From Haliotis rubra (Eukaryota), in the NCBI RefSeq assembly GCF_003918875.1, contig NW_025765037.1, positions 806,001 to 870,000 on the forward strand: a DNA stretch of 64,000 nt, read 5' to 3'. The translations under genes and the position numbers were made by a program. This document shows, piece by piece, positions 24,339 through 38,111 of the stretch. Below the pieces are notes generated by a model that was given only the letters and a program-made list of their open reading frames with translations, did no database searches and had not been told where the DNA came from. Position 1 is the stretch's first letter. Each line of letters begins with the position of its first letter.

Positions 24339-24957
24339 TGGATGCATAAGGACCTGGTAGGACCATGGATATTTGGACAGCTATTAAATAATTATATTAT
24401 TAATATAAATTATTGATGTCACCACATACGTTGCCACTGTCGATGCACTCCATTATTCAACCATTTATTCACGTTCAGGGAGTTATTACTTGCATTCTGA
24501 ATAACCTCTGTTCATAGTTTAAATCACCATGACCTTTATATTAACACCCCCACCCTAACCCCCGAAATTCCCTATTTCACAGTCTCTAGAATCTCTAGGT
24601 CTGTCAAATGTCCCCAGTATAATATTTTCCTCCCAAAGGAGGTCAAATCTTAAACACACCGTGACATGGCAGATGTCACGTTGACCCACTGTCTCTGTCT
24701 AATATAATGGGCGTATATGGGACGTCCTATATTCCAACCCGTCAGGTGTGATTTACCATGATAATCTTATACTGGGGCCATTTCCACTAAATGCCAATTT
24801 CTCGGTGTATACCCGGACGACCTAATTTGGATGCCTGACACAATTTCAAATCACCTAAAGTCTGTTTACAGTGAAAACGTACCGATGAATTTCACTTTAA
24901 ACTAAAAAGTAAACGAAATAAAGTGAAATTATGATTGCGAATACTCATAACTTTACC

Positions 24958-25279
24958 TTGCCAATTGAACATTAAAATCTCAGAATTTTATTCAACTTGG
25001 GATAAAATTTGATTAACAAACGATCATAGTTTCAAATCGCCATTATTGGTTTGTATTACAAGGGTGTATGCACATCAAATGAAACACCGAGAACAAGTAG
25101 GGTTGGTCTAAGTTAACGCTCATCACGCACCGCACGTGCATTTGTTTCACTGTTCCAACTACTGCGCTTACCCCCTTGTAATACAAACCAACGATATCGA
25201 TTTGAAACTATGATCGTTTGTTAAACAACTGTTATCCCAAGTTGAATAAAATTCTGAGTTTTAAAAGTTCATTTGGCAA
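24958..25279. mobile_element. Fold-back element with about 110-bp imperfect inverted arms
   Basis: ttgccaattgaac..ctcagaattttattcaacttgggataa..aacaaacgatcatagtttcaaatcg..ttggtttgtattacaaggg mirrored at 25170-25279. Confidence 0.75.
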
Positions 25280-25473
25280 TTATAATTAACGCTGACACAA
25301 GACTAAGATATTTGTGACCACTTAGCTGCACCGATTTCTCTGCAAACCAAGTCACAATGTAATGACGAAACACTTTCCCCAACGCGTGATGACTACTAGT
25401 ATTTCCTAAACACATATTGATACTCCGGTATCAAAAACATAATCCGGGTGCGATTCTCCACATGGGTACAATG

Positions 25474-25656
25474 CAGGGACGGATACAGCTTTTTAAGAAA
25501 GGGGGGTGCACACTCTTGAGAAAGGGGGTGCACACTTCATTTACACCTCCGTTTTCACGAGAGTTTCAAATGTCATTAAATAAACTTTCAGGACAAAAGC
25601 GGGGGGTTGGGGGTGGGGTGCGCACCCCTGCATCACCCCATCTAGAAGCCGCCGTG
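25474..25656. mobile_element. hAT-like MITE remnant interrupting a family A SINE (25445-25710)
   Basis: CAGGGACGGATACAG.. start with G-rich GGGGGTGCAC subterminal repeats; SINE A halves on each side. Confidence 0.45.
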
Positions 25657-26109
25657 ATATTGCTGGAATACTGCTTAAAGCGGCGTAAAACCATATTCAC
25701 TCACTCATTCAAAACATCATCCCAGAGAAGATTAAATCAAGGATGAAAGTAAGTAAGCAAAATAACTGAAAAAATTTATACGGAAATATTTGATTATTCC
25801 AAGCTCGTATAATCACCCTGTAAATTATTATCTAATTTTATAAACCCAACCAAGCATGGCAGGCCCTCATTACCTGATAACGACATTATCATACATACAG
25901 TAACTGCGGCATGTACTGTACCGGAAGTATGCCCTATGCTGCTTGGTTAATGAGCATGTCCGCCCCGCTGTGTCCTGTGACGTTCATCTAATCAATGAAA
26001 TCCCTGGGATTCCGGGTAAGAACATAATGCTGGTTGTTAGAGGCGACTTAATGGATTGCGTTGTCAGGATCAGTAACTTAGTTGATTGCCTGTCATTGAC
26101 ATAGAAAGA

Positions 26110-26354
26110 GTGAGTGAGTGAATTTAGTTTTACGCCGCACTCAGCAATATTCCAGCTATATGGCGGCGGTCTGTAAATAATCGAGTCTGGACCAGACAAC
26201 CCAGGGATCAACATCAAGAGCATGATCTACGCAATCGGGATATGATGACGTGTCAACCAAGTCGGCGAGCCTGACCACCCGATCCCGTTAGTCGCCTCTT
26301 ACGACAAGCATGCATGGCTTACTGAAGATCAATTCTAACCCGGATCTTCACGGG
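26110..26354 (-). mobile_element. SINE-like family B, full length
   Basis: ACCCGTGAAGATCCGGGTTAGAATTG..CTTGTCGTAAGAGGCGACTAACGGGATCGG..GCTGGAATATTGCTGAGTGCGGCGTAAAAC(TCAC)n; TSD TGACATAGAAAGA. Confidence 0.88.
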
Positions 26355-26595
26355 TGACATAGAAAGAAGATACTTGTTGTTACTCTGCCTGGTGCTGGGC
26401 ATATGGGATAAAACCAGGACTGACCAACTTGGGGTCGGTATATTGGGTCTGATTGGGGTATTCATGTTAAACTGCGGCACGGTATCTCAGTAGGTTGGTG
26501 GGCCCGGCGAAGTCCAGGGGCCCGTTTCACAAAGATGTACAAAATCATGCCCAGATTATTACAATCGTCTCACACTAACACATATACATGCACGT

Positions 26596-26841
26596 GACCC
26601 GTGAAAATCCGGGTTAGAATTGATCTTCAGTTACCCATGCTTGTCTTAAGAGGTGACTAACGGGACCGGGTGTTCAAGGTCGCTGACGTGGTTGACCTAT
26701 GTCTTCGTATCCCAATTGCGTAGAACGATGTTCATGCTGTTGATCCCTGGATTGTCTGGTCCAGACCCGATTATTTATAGACCGCCGCCTTATAGCTGGA
26801 ATATTGCTGAGTGTGGCGTAAAACTAAACTCACTCACTCAC
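26596..26841 (+). mobile_element. SINE-like family B, full length
   Basis: TSD TATACATGCACGT. Confidence 0.88.
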
Positions 26842-27163
26842 TATACATGCACGTAGGTCGTTCCGTATGTGCAGTGATCTTGAACTCCATGTATAGAACA
26901 CAATTCACCTCACCTCAGTGTTGATGATAGCAGTCAAGCTATTTACAGATCGCCATCGTACAACAGGGATGTTCCTGAGAGCAGCGGTTACTGATACTGC
27001 TGATAATGACAATACGAATAATCTGAAATGTAACATTTAAAATATCAACAATATGTTCACTTCAATGTATATCATGCTTTTTTGTGTTGTTCTGTAAGCA
27101 GTGTTTCTAGTTCAACTCCGATATGACCTCCGCTTTATTTATGTCCACAAAGTAATGTTGATG

Positions 27164-27295
27164 TTCGTCACACCGAAGACCCGGGTTCGATTCCCCACAT
27201 GCGTACAACGTGTAAAGCCCATTTCTGGTGTCCTCCGCCGTGATATTGCTGGAATATTGCTAAAAGCGGCGTAAAACTAAACTCTTTCACTCACT
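27164..27295 (+). mobile_element. SINE family A, 5'-truncated
   Basis: B box to tail. Confidence 0.8.
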
Positions 27296-27452
27296 TGGAT
27301 GAAAACATTGCTACTACTATATTTACTTTAAAGAAACGTAACGCGATTAAGTTTAAAGTGGGAGAAAAACACGAAGTGGTACAGGGCTCGGATGTCTACC
27401 ACTGAAACCCACGAGTATGTAGATGGTTCTGACAAACGAAGGATCATTATCA

Positions 27453-27622
27453 GTGAGTGAGTGAGTGAGTTTGGTTTTACGCCGCTTTTAGCAATATTCC
27501 AGCAATATCACGGCGGGGGACACCAGAAATGGGCTTCACACGTTGTACCCATGTGGGAAATCGAACCCGGGTCCTCGGCGTGACGAGCGAACGCTTTAAC
27601 CACTAGGCTACCCCACTGCCCC
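27453..27622 (-). mobile_element. SINE family A (tRNA-Asp-like head, (TCAC)n tail), representative full copy
   Basis: GGGTAGCCTAGTGGTTAAAGCGTTCGCTCGTCACGCCGA..CCCGGGTTCGATT head; GCTGGAATATTGCTAAAAGCGGCGTAAAAC tail. Confidence 0.88.
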
Positions 27623-27774
27623 CATTATGAGTGCCAAGTAAGAGATGAACCCATGATCAAAGGTTTCTGAAACCTTGGGACAGAAACCCTGCACGATGAA
27701 TTGCAGCGCATTATGTATGACGGGGTCATCGGTAGCGCCCCACCAAATCGCCCACCCCTAAGTAACTGGTCGAC

Positions 27775-27930
27775 GGGGTAGCCTAGAGGTTAAAGCGCTC
27801 TCTCGTCATCACACTGAAGGCCCGGGTTCTGTTTCCCACACGGCTACAATGTGTGAAGTCTATTTCTGGTGTCCTCACCGTGATATTACTGGAATATTGC
27901 TAACAGCGGAGTAAAACTACACTCACTCAC
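27775..27930 (+). mobile_element. SINE family A, just upstream of the RBBP9 acceptor
   Basis: Head to tail match. Confidence 0.8.
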
Positions 27931-27958
27931 CCTCAAAACCTTAGTGTTTACTTTGTGA

Positions 27959-28579
<621 letters not shown>

Positions 28580-28596
28580 CAATCCTCTCAACGTTG

Positions 28597-28602
28597 AATA
28601 AA
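28597..28602 (+). terminator. Candidate polyadenylation signal AATAAA for RBBP9
   Basis: AATAAA 18 nt after the stop, followed by T-rich sequence. Confidence 0.5.
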
Positions 28603-28805
28603 TAGATCGTTTGTCTTCAGTTATTATTCGTTTTTACACGGAATGATTGAGTGAGCCAACTGGGCGTGACGACATTTTACTAGTTACCATCAGTACTATC
28701 TGAGTGTCACACTAGTTCCCTATTAAGCTTGGAGCAAGCAAACCAACATCAGAACTTGGCCCAGTACGTTTATGTACTGTCCCTGAACCTTGCCCCTGGA
28801 TCTCT

Positions 28806-29342
28806 GGGGGCGGTGGGGTACCTAGTAGTTAAGACCTTCGCTCGTCACGCCGAAGACCCGGGTTCAATTCCCCATGTGGGTACTAACCGCCTCCGTGGTG
28901 TAGTGGTTAGAGCGTCCGCCCGGAGAGCGGAAGGTCGCGGGTTCGATCCCCGACCGCGTCATACCAAAAGACGTTAAAATATGGTACTTGTTGGTCCCTG
29001 CCTGGTGCTCGGCATTAATGGGTACAACAAGGACTGGTCGGCTCGGAGTCAGTATAATGTGTCTGAGTGGGGTATTCATGCTTCACTGCGGCATGGTATC
29101 TCAGTGGGCTAGCACTATAAAACCAGCTTCAGTCTGGGCTAGTACAAGCAGCCGCACATACACATACACATGCATGCACGTCGTCATATGAGCGAAATAT
29201 TCTCAAGCACGACGTAAAAACCAATTTCACCTCACCTCACCCCATGTCGGTACTACGAGTGAAGCCCATTTCTGGTGTCCCCCGCCTTGATACTGCTGGA
29301 ATATTGCTAAAAGCGGCGTAAAACTAAAGTCACTCACACTCA
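28806..29342 (+). mobile_element. SINE family A split by a family C insertion
   Basis: Head 28806-28885, remainder 29240-29342. Confidence 0.82.
28886..29239 (+). mobile_element. SINE family C, full length (tRNA head, (CTCAC)n tail), nested in a family A SINE
   Basis: A box GGTGTAGTGG, B box GGTTCGATCCC; 16-bp TSD CCCCATGT(G/C)GGTACTA at 28870 and 29240. Confidence 0.88.
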
Positions 29343-29734
29343 TGGATCTCTGTTGTAGGTTACCCTACCTGGCGCTCGGCATTAAGGACTAAAAGAAGGA
29401 TGGGCCGGCATGGAGTCAGCATAGTGCATGCATGAGTGGGACAGCCATGCTAGTGCGTCATGGTAGGGTAGTGCTATCAAAGCGGCCTAAGTCAAAACGT
29501 GTAAAAGCAACCACACACACGCACGCAAACACGCTCGCACACACTATTTCACATCAGATCACCACAAACATTCAATGCTTGGCCGGCCCTAGGATGCCGG
29601 TATAGAACAGGTCCCTGTAGCCTAACGTTTGTCGGGATTCTATGGCAAAATTTATAGATCCCAAATATATATCATACTCGTCCTCCTCAAGACGAGTCAG
29701 GTGATCAGTATACGTCCCGAGTAGACATGTTCCC

Positions 29735-30602
29735 TTTGTTTGGATTCTGGGGCAGAATATATAGGTCCCAAGTATGTCTAACGCTAGTCCGTCTTGTATT
29801 GGATTCCGGGGTAGAATATATTGGTCCCTAGTATGTCTGACGGTAGTCCGTCTTGTATTGGATTCCGGGGCAGAATATATTGGTCCCTAGTATGTCTAAC
29901 GCTAGTCCGTCTTGTATTGGATTCCGGGGCAGAATATATTGGTCCCTAGTATGTCTGACGGTAGTCCGTCTTGTATTGGAGTCCGGGGCAGAATATATTG
30001 GTTCCTAGTATGTCTAACGCTAGTCCGTCATGTATTGGAGTCCGGGGCATACTATATTGGTCCCTAGTATGTCTGACGGTAGTCCGTCTTGTATTGGATT
30101 CCGGGGCATAATATATTGGTCCCTAGTATGTCTAACGCTAGTCCGTCTTGTATTGGATTCCGGGGCAGAATATATTGGTCCCTAGTATGTCTGACGCTAG
30201 TCCGTCTTGTATTGGATTCCGGGGCAGAATATATTGGTCCCTAGTATGTCTAACGCTAGTCCGTCATGTATTAACGCTAGTCCGTCTTGAGTCCGGGGCA
30301 GAATATATTGGTCCCTAGTATGTCTAACGCTAGTCTGTCTTGTATTGGATTCCGGGGCAGAATATATTGGTCCCTAGTATGTCTAACGCTAGTCCGTCTT
30401 GTATTGGATTCCGGGGCATAATATATTGGTCCCTAGTATGTCTAACGCTAGTCCGTCTTGTATTGGATTCCGGGGCAGAATATATTGGTCCCTAGTATGT
30501 CTAACGCTAGTCCGTCTTGTATTGGATTCCGGGGCAGAATATATTGGTCCCTAGTATGTCTAACGCTAGTCCGTCTTGTATTGGAGTCCTGGGCAGAATA
30601 TA
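29735..30602. repeat. 59-bp minisatellite, about 14 copies
   Basis: CTAGTATGTCTAACGCTAGTCCGTCTTGTATTGGATTCCGGGGCAGAATATATTGGTCC. Confidence 0.95.
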
Positions 30603-30896
30603 TTGCTCGTTCGTGGGATCAGTATTTAATGTTTGTACGCCTGGGAGTGATGTAGGTTTTAGACGTTGAATTCACAATACAAGTAGTAATTCAGGGCCAT
30701 TCAAAACCAGCGGTATATTTAGCAGTTGCACACGGGGCGAGCCATGAGTGTTCAGGAAACGCATGCTAACTCTCCTTAATAGAGTGCGTGCATGTCCGCT
30801 GTGGATATCAACAGGAACCAGGACGAGACTCTATACCGCGGTACTTGGGTACAATAGCTGTACCGTATGCTCCAGCTGGCCATTGTAATATTACGG

Positions 30897-31141
30897 ATGA
30901 GTGAGTGAGTTTAGTTTTACGCCGCAATCAGCAATATTCCAGCTATATGGCGGCGGTCGGTATATAATCGAGTCTGGCCCAGACAATCCAGTGATCGACG
31001 GCATGAACATCGATCTGCGCCATTGGGAACCGATGACAGGTGTCAACCAAGTCAGCGAGCTTGACCACCTGATCCCGTTACTCGCCTCTTACGACAAACA
31101 TGGGTTACTGAAGATCAAGATTCTAACCCGGATCTTCACGT
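30897..31141 (-). mobile_element. SINE-like family B
   Basis: Full match; TSD-like TGTAATA(T/C)TACGG. Confidence 0.85.
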
Positions 31142-31659
31142 GTCTGTAATACTACGGGACCGTGGAAGCAAAACACACCGCACCCATCTGAGGATGTCGG
31201 ACGACGTATACGTAAGCGGATATGCTCAGATCAGAACCAGAGAGATAAATATACAGTTTACTGCTGACGGCGGTGTTTAACATTAGCCAACTCGCTTAAC
31301 GATAGTACACGCAGCAAGGATTATCGACCAACAACCATTCAGATGCCAGGCCAAGTGTTAGTCTTACTCCAACAACACCTCCAGGTCTTCAATGGTTATC
31401 TTGTGTTTACAGTACGAAACAAAGCGGGTTGACATTGCGGGACATTCCTGGCTGTATCGAAAAATAGGCTATGGCATTGTTCACACTGAACAAAAACATT
31501 GTATATTTTAGTCAGGGTCTATACATCATTCATGTAAACTATTGAAGAGCCTCTCCTCATCAAGGTTGTGTTTGAAAGGAGAATAAACATAGAGGTTACT
31601 GTATTTTAGCCGCAGTCAGCTGTATAGCGCTGTCTCATAAATAACCAAGGTCCAGCAAT

Positions 31660-31816
31660 GGAGTGAGTTTGGTTTGACGCCGCATTTAGCAATATTTGAG
31701 CAATATCATGGCGGGGATACTAGAAATGGGCTTCACACATTGTACCCATGTAGGAAATTGAACCCGGGTCTTTGGCGTGCCTAGCGAACGCTTTAACCAC
31801 TCGGCGACCCCACCGC
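31660..31816 (-). mobile_element. SINE family A
   Basis: Diverged full match. Confidence 0.78.
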
Positions 31817-32532
31817 TAGCTCCACCGCCCAGGAAACGTATTTGACTGCACGAGTGACTGTACGTGCGAGTTAAGGCCGTAAATTGTAACCATCATTAAG
31901 TACGTTACCTCCACGTTAAGCATTGTGAACCTTCAGTTCCGGAATTCCCATGTGTAAGAACACATATGTGCTTAAACCCGTGATGATGCACAGAAAAATC
32001 CATCTGTGTACAGCTGAACCGGGAAACCATATCTGTATCCAGATCTCTGTACGATGCTATCTTGCCCTACCGACTAGCCCTTCTGAAATACGAATGACCA
32101 AACACGAAGCAAAGCTGCCAGCTAATTGAGGCTCCATATCAATTTTAAAGGAGTTATCAGTTATAATGAAAATTATATACATTTGGTTATAGATTAAGTG
32201 TTAGTGTACTAAAATTTATAGTCTAGTCTAGTAAGGATGTAGATTTGTTTTTTTTGTTTGTGTATTTGGCAGAAAATAGCAGTTACATGGAGCTCCTTTA
32301 TCTCCCCGTGACCAGGTGGTTAGTCGGGCAGGTTGATGTCAGTCGCCATAGCGCTCGTAGTCGACTTAATCACAGGAATATCTCCCTTAGATCGGCGATG
32401 CTGCTCTTCATCTTCTTCACAGCCAGCTGATGTATTGATCAATAATGCCTTCATGTAAGGAGTATTTAGTAGCTGACTGATGGGGCCGCACGAACATAGT
32501 CTGGGCAGAGTAGTTGACGGGCCGCACTAACA

Positions 32533-34490
32533 CCACCTGGATCATGGAGCTGACGGTCATCACCCGGATCATGTAGCTGATGGACATCACCTGGATCATG
32601 GAGCCGAAGGGCATCATCTGGATCATGGAGCTGGATAATGGAGCTGACGGTCATCACCTGGATCATGTAGCTGATGGACATCACCTGGATCATGGAGCCG
32701 AAGGGCATCACCTTGATCATGGAGCTGGATAATGGAGCTGACGGTCATCACCTGGATCATGTAGCTGGTGGACATCACCTGGATCATGGAGCCGAAGTGC
32801 ATCACCTAGATCATGGAGCTGATGGACATTACCTGGATCAAGGAGCTGAAGTGCATCCCCTGGATCATGGACCTGGATAATGGAGCTGACGGTCATGACC
32901 TGGATCACTGAGCTGACGGTCATCACCTAGATCATGGAGCTGACGGTCATCAGTTAGATCATGGAGCTGACGGTCATGATCTGGATCACTGAGCTGACGG
33001 TCATCACTGATCATGGGCTCATCACTTAGATCATAGAGCTGATGGACATCACTTGGATCATGGAGCTGATGGTCATCACCTGGATCATGGAGCTGATGGA
33101 CATTACCTGGATCATGGAGCTGACGGTCATCACCTGGATCATGGAGCTGATGGACATTACCTGGATCATGGAGCTGATGGACATGACCTGGATCATGGAG
33201 CTGATGGACATGACCTGGATCATGGAGCTGATGGACATGACCTGGATCATGGAGCTGATGGACATGACCTGGATCATGGGGCTGATGGACATGACCTGGA
33301 TCATGGAGCTGATGGACATCATCTGGATCATGGAGATGACCTGGATCATGGAGCTGATCACCTGGATCATGGAGCTGACGGGATCACCTGGATCATGGAG
33401 CTGATGGACATCACCTGGATCATGGAGCTGACGGACATCACCTGGATCATGGAGCTGATGGCATGACCTGGATCATGGAGCTGGACGATCATCATCACCT
33501 GGATCATGGAGCTGACGGTCATCACCTGGATCATGGAGCTGACGAGTCATCACCTGATCATGGAGCTGACGGATCAAGGAATCATCACCTGGATCATGGA
33601 GCTGACGGGATCCTGATGGGATCATGGAGCTGAAGGACGGTCATCACCTGGATCATGGAGCTGACGGTCATCACCTGGATCATGGATCTCGATCATGGAG
33701 CTGAAGGACATCACCTGGATCATGGAACCGACCGACATCACCTGGATCATGGAGCTGACGGTCATCACCTGGATCATGGAGCTGACGGTGACATCACCTG
33801 GATCACTGAGCTGACGGTCATCACCTGGATCATGGAGCTGACGGATCATCACCTGGTCATGGAGGTGACGGTCATCACCTGGATCATTGAGCTGACGGTC
33901 ATCACCTGGATCATGGAGCTGACGGTCATCACCTGGATCATGGAGCTGACGGTCATCACCTGGATCATGGAGCTGACGGTCATCACCTGGATCATGGAGC
34001 TGACGGTCATCCTGGATCATCATGGAGCTGGATCATGGATGGAGGTGACGGTCATCACCTGGATCATGGAGCTGACGGACATCACCTGGATCATGGAACC
34101 GACAGACATCACCTGGATCATTGATCTGACGGAGAGCACTTGGATCATGGAGCTGACGGTCATCACCTGGATCATGGAGCTGATGGACATCACCTGGATC
34201 ATTGATGGACACTGACGGATGACCTGGATCACCGAAAGGATCATGGAGCTGACGGACATCACCTGGATCATGGAGCTGACGGACATCACCTGGATCATGG
34301 AACTGATGGACATCACCTGGATCATTGAACTGACGGAGATCACCTGGATCATGGAGCTGACGGACATCACCTGGATCATGGAGCTGATGGACATCACCTG
34401 GATCATTGAACTGACGGAGATCACCTGGATCATTGAACTGACGGACATCACCTGGATCATGGAGCTGACGGACATTGACTGGAACATGGA
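32533..34490. repeat. 27-bp minisatellite, about 70 copies
   Basis: CACCTGGATCATGGAGCTGACGGTCAT and variants. Confidence 0.95.
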
Positions 34491-35271
34491 TCTGTTGAAG
34501 AAATGAAGAGAATGTCCCCATTAGTCGATCTGCAGAAACCAAGCTCCCTTTCAGTCCAGGTGCAGAAATGAAGGGGAGTTCTGTCTGTTCCTCTTGCTGC
34601 TCGATATGTAGATGGACAGAATCGTAATTCAAGCGAAATATTTATTCGTAAAATGGTCGGAACCTGAACCCATACGGGAATGTTGCTGACTACAGCTACA
34701 AGAATGTATTCTTTTGAGCCAGGACAAGTCCAAGTTTGTAAATATTTGTTGTAAAAGAGATGTCACCGTTTTGTTTAGTGATACGATACCAGAACACGCG
34801 ATCCTAAAAATACCCAAGACACGTGCACAGGTAGAGCTAAAAGTGAGTAGAGGTCGTCCTATTACGAAACCTTTCCATTGCGGACCCCTGGCTTATGACA
34901 TCTCTCTTTAGCTTTAAGAGACAATAGTGGATGTATTCTAACATATAGCGTACCATAATGGGGACTCTCGATGTCAAGTTGGCGAGAGCCAAAACCAAGA
35001 CTAACGTTTAGTCTCTCAATATATAGAATTTTGATAGAAACAAATAATTCCTTTTAAATTGAAAAGGAGCCCAGTGAGAAAACGAGGCGGGTGTTTAATT
35101 GACAAAACTTGGATGAAGTTGAGGTTGCAGAGAGAGGCAAGAAAAGCCCTTTCTGTGGTCAAGGTTTAAAACATAGTACAGCACTGCAGGTGCACCTACT
35201 TCTTTAACAGGTGCACAAAAAGATATATGTGAGCTACAGCTCAGTGTCCAGGTAGTCTTTCCTGGGAAAGG

Positions 35272-35540
35272 GAGGTGGGGTAACCTAGTGGTTAAAGCGT
35301 TCACTCGTCACGCTAAAGACCAGGGCCTAGATTTTCGAAGTTCTCTTAGCGCTAAGATAGTCGTAAGTGCCATACATTAACATTAACTTACGACTATCTT
35401 AGCGCTAAGAGAGCTTCGAAAATCTAGGCCCTGGGTTCGATTCTCCAAATGGGTACAGTATGTGAAGCCCATTGCTGTTGTCCCCACCGTGATAGTGCTG
35501 GAATATTGCTAAAAGCGGTGTAAAACTAAACTCACTCACT
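35272..35540 (+). mobile_element. SINE family A split by a palindromic MITE
   Basis: Head before 35321, GGGTTCGATT onward after 35433. Confidence 0.82.
35324..35430. mobile_element. Palindromic MITE (PIF/Harbinger-like) inserted in a family A SINE
   Basis: GGCCTAGATTTTCGAAG..CTTAGCGCTAAGATAGTCGTAAG / CTTACGACTATCTTAGCGCTAAG..CTTCGAAAATCTAGGCC flanked by CAG/CTG; fragment at 47610-47661. Confidence 0.8.
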
Positions 35541-36274
35541 TTCTTGACAATCTTCGTATTTTGTTTACTTTTCATACTTGTTTGAAACTATCAATTACAC
35601 AAGTACCTAACTTTAGTAAATTTCAGTTTGTTCAGATAAAACCAGAAATGTTATTAATCGAACGTATATCACGTTTCACCCGAACACTGTAGTGCAAGGG
35701 AGATAACTTACGATACTAGGTGAATGAAACTTTTTTGGAAGACGATTTATGCTTTATTAATGTAATAATTATTTACCTAACATTTGAAATATTATTAAAA
35801 TCGAAAAACTGTGTCTATGATTTTAAATTTAACGTGTTCGTGTGCCTAAGTTTGCTACTTACACGATGATTCCATTTCAGATAAAAATCTCGAGCATCTG
35901 TTACAGGCGACATGATTCAGCTTGTGGTCGGTGATTTGGTTGACTATTGGCAGTGTTGTGTCTGTTGTTCAATTCTACTTAATTTTGCCACTTACACGAT
36001 GCCACTTACAGATCCAACAACTGTCAGTGGCCACGTGATTCAGCAGGTGGGCCGGCTCGGTAAGGATTTTATTCAGTAAGGATTTTATTCCCGCTTCTGC
36101 CACTGTAAGTAGGCGTGCATCAACTGGGTTTGCATTATTACCAATTCGAATTGCTAATATACTTTCGGTTAATGCGGGTCGTGCCCTGTGCATATTTTGT
36201 GAGCATTTGGTTGGATCAGGGATTGTCGAGGCTAGTGCACGGCAGGGGATCACTGTTGGGTATTCTGTGTATCA

Positions 36275-37632
36275 GGGTCATTGTTGGTCTGGTCTGTTGG
36301 ATATACTGGCTTCATTGTAGGACTGGTCTGTTGGATATACTGTTGGATATATCATTGTAGGTCTGGTCTGTTGGATATACTGGGGTCATTGTAGGTCTGG
36401 TCTGTTGGATATACTGGGGTCATTGTAGGACTGGTCTGTTGGATATACTGGGGTCATTGTAAGTCTGGTCTGTTGGATATACTGGGGCCATTGTAGGTCT
36501 GGTCTGTTTGGATATACTGGGGTCATTGTAAAGTCTGGTCTGTTGGATATACTGGGGCCATTGTAGGTCTGGTCTGTTGGATATACTGGGGTCATTGTAG
36601 GTCTGGTCTGTTGGATATACTGGGGTCATTGTAGGTCTGGTCTGTTGGATATACTGGGGTCATTGTAGGTCTGGTCTGTTGGATATACTGGGGTCATTGT
36701 AGGACTGGTCTGTTGGATATACTGGGGTCATTGTAGGTCTGGTCTGTTGGATATACTGGGGTCATTGTAGGTCTGGTCTGGTCTGTTTGGATATACTGGG
36801 GTCATTGTAAGTCTGGTCTGTTGGATATACTGGGGTCATTGTAAGTCTGGTCTGTTGGATATACTGGGGTCATTGTAGGGCTGGTTTGTTGGATATACTG
36901 GGGTCATTGTAGGTCTGGTCTGTTGGATATACTGGGGCCATTGTAGGTCTGGTCTGTTGGATATACTGGGGTCATTGTAGGACTGGTTTGTTGGCTGTAC
37001 TGGGGTCATTGTAAGTCTGGTCTGTAGGATATACTGGTCTGGTCTGTCATATACTGGGGTCACTGGTCTGTTGGATATACTGGGTCATGTATTGTAGGTC
37101 TGGTCTGTTGGATATACTGGGGTCATTGTAGGTCTGGTCTGGTCTGTTGGATATACTGGGGTCACTGGTGTGTTGGATATACTGTCATTGTAAGTCATTG
37201 TAGGACTGGTCTGTTGGATATACTGGGGTCATTGTAAGACTGGTCTGTTGGATATACTGGGGTCATTGTAAGTCTGGTCTGTTGGATATATTGGGGTCAT
37301 TGTAGGTCTGGTTTGTTGGCTGTACTGGGGTCATTGTAGGTCTGGTCTGTTGGATATACTGGGGTCATTGTAGGTCTGGTTTGTTGGCTGTACTGGGGTC
37401 ATTGTAGGACTGGTCTGTTGGATATACTGGGGTCATTGTAGGTCTGGCTTGTTGGATATACTGGGGTCATTGTAGGTCTGGTCTGTTGGATATACTGGGG
37501 TCATTGTAGGTCTGGTCTGTTGGATATACTGGGGTCATTGTAGGTCTGGTCTGTTGGATATACTGGGGTCATTGTAGGTCTGGTCTGTTGGATATACTGG
37601 GGTCATTGTAGGGCTGGTTTGTTGGCTGTACT
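36275..37632. repeat. 34-bp minisatellite, about 39 copies
   Basis: GGGGTCATTGTAGGTCTGGTCTGTTGGATATACT. Confidence 0.95.

Positions 37633-37633
<1 letters not shown>

Positions 37634-37674
<41 letters not shown>
37634..37674. repeat. (CT)n microsatellite
   Basis: Directly visible. Confidence 0.95.
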
Positions 37675-37676
<2 letters not shown>

Positions 37677-38111
37677 AATAGGTGAGTAAAAATGTACAGT
37701 CACATCGACAGTATTTCAGCCATATTGTGACTATGAAAGTTGGTAAATGTATACATGAAATAAAAACAAACTTATATATTTACCTGCCTGCCAAGGACAG
37801 TAAAAATAACTAGTCTGTCACAAATGTACACTTAAACCTAGCATATAACCATAAAACACTATTTCTAACTTTAACGGTACAATACAAAATATAGATTGCC
37901 AACAACTGAAGGTAAATCACCATAATAGGGATCACGGGGACTTACAGTACATTTGCTTCATACATGTTCCCTAGCTGGATTCTGTATGTAGAAATTATCT
38001 TGCAAATGTAACAGTAAGTAAATTTAGTCCCCCAATGGAACCGCACAAAGCTAAGCTTGTTATTTCATCTAAGCTGAAACCAATGTGTCAGTTTCTGGGT
38101 ACAAAAATCTA

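Noticed and set aside
25984-26856. Recurring peptide [25 protein letters not shown] in several ORFs
   Set aside because: Translation of the family B SINE tail, not a protein family
28886-28960. tRNA-like sequences here and in family A heads
   Set aside because: They continue into SINE bodies with tails and TSDs and lack a proper acceptor stem, so they are not tRNA genes
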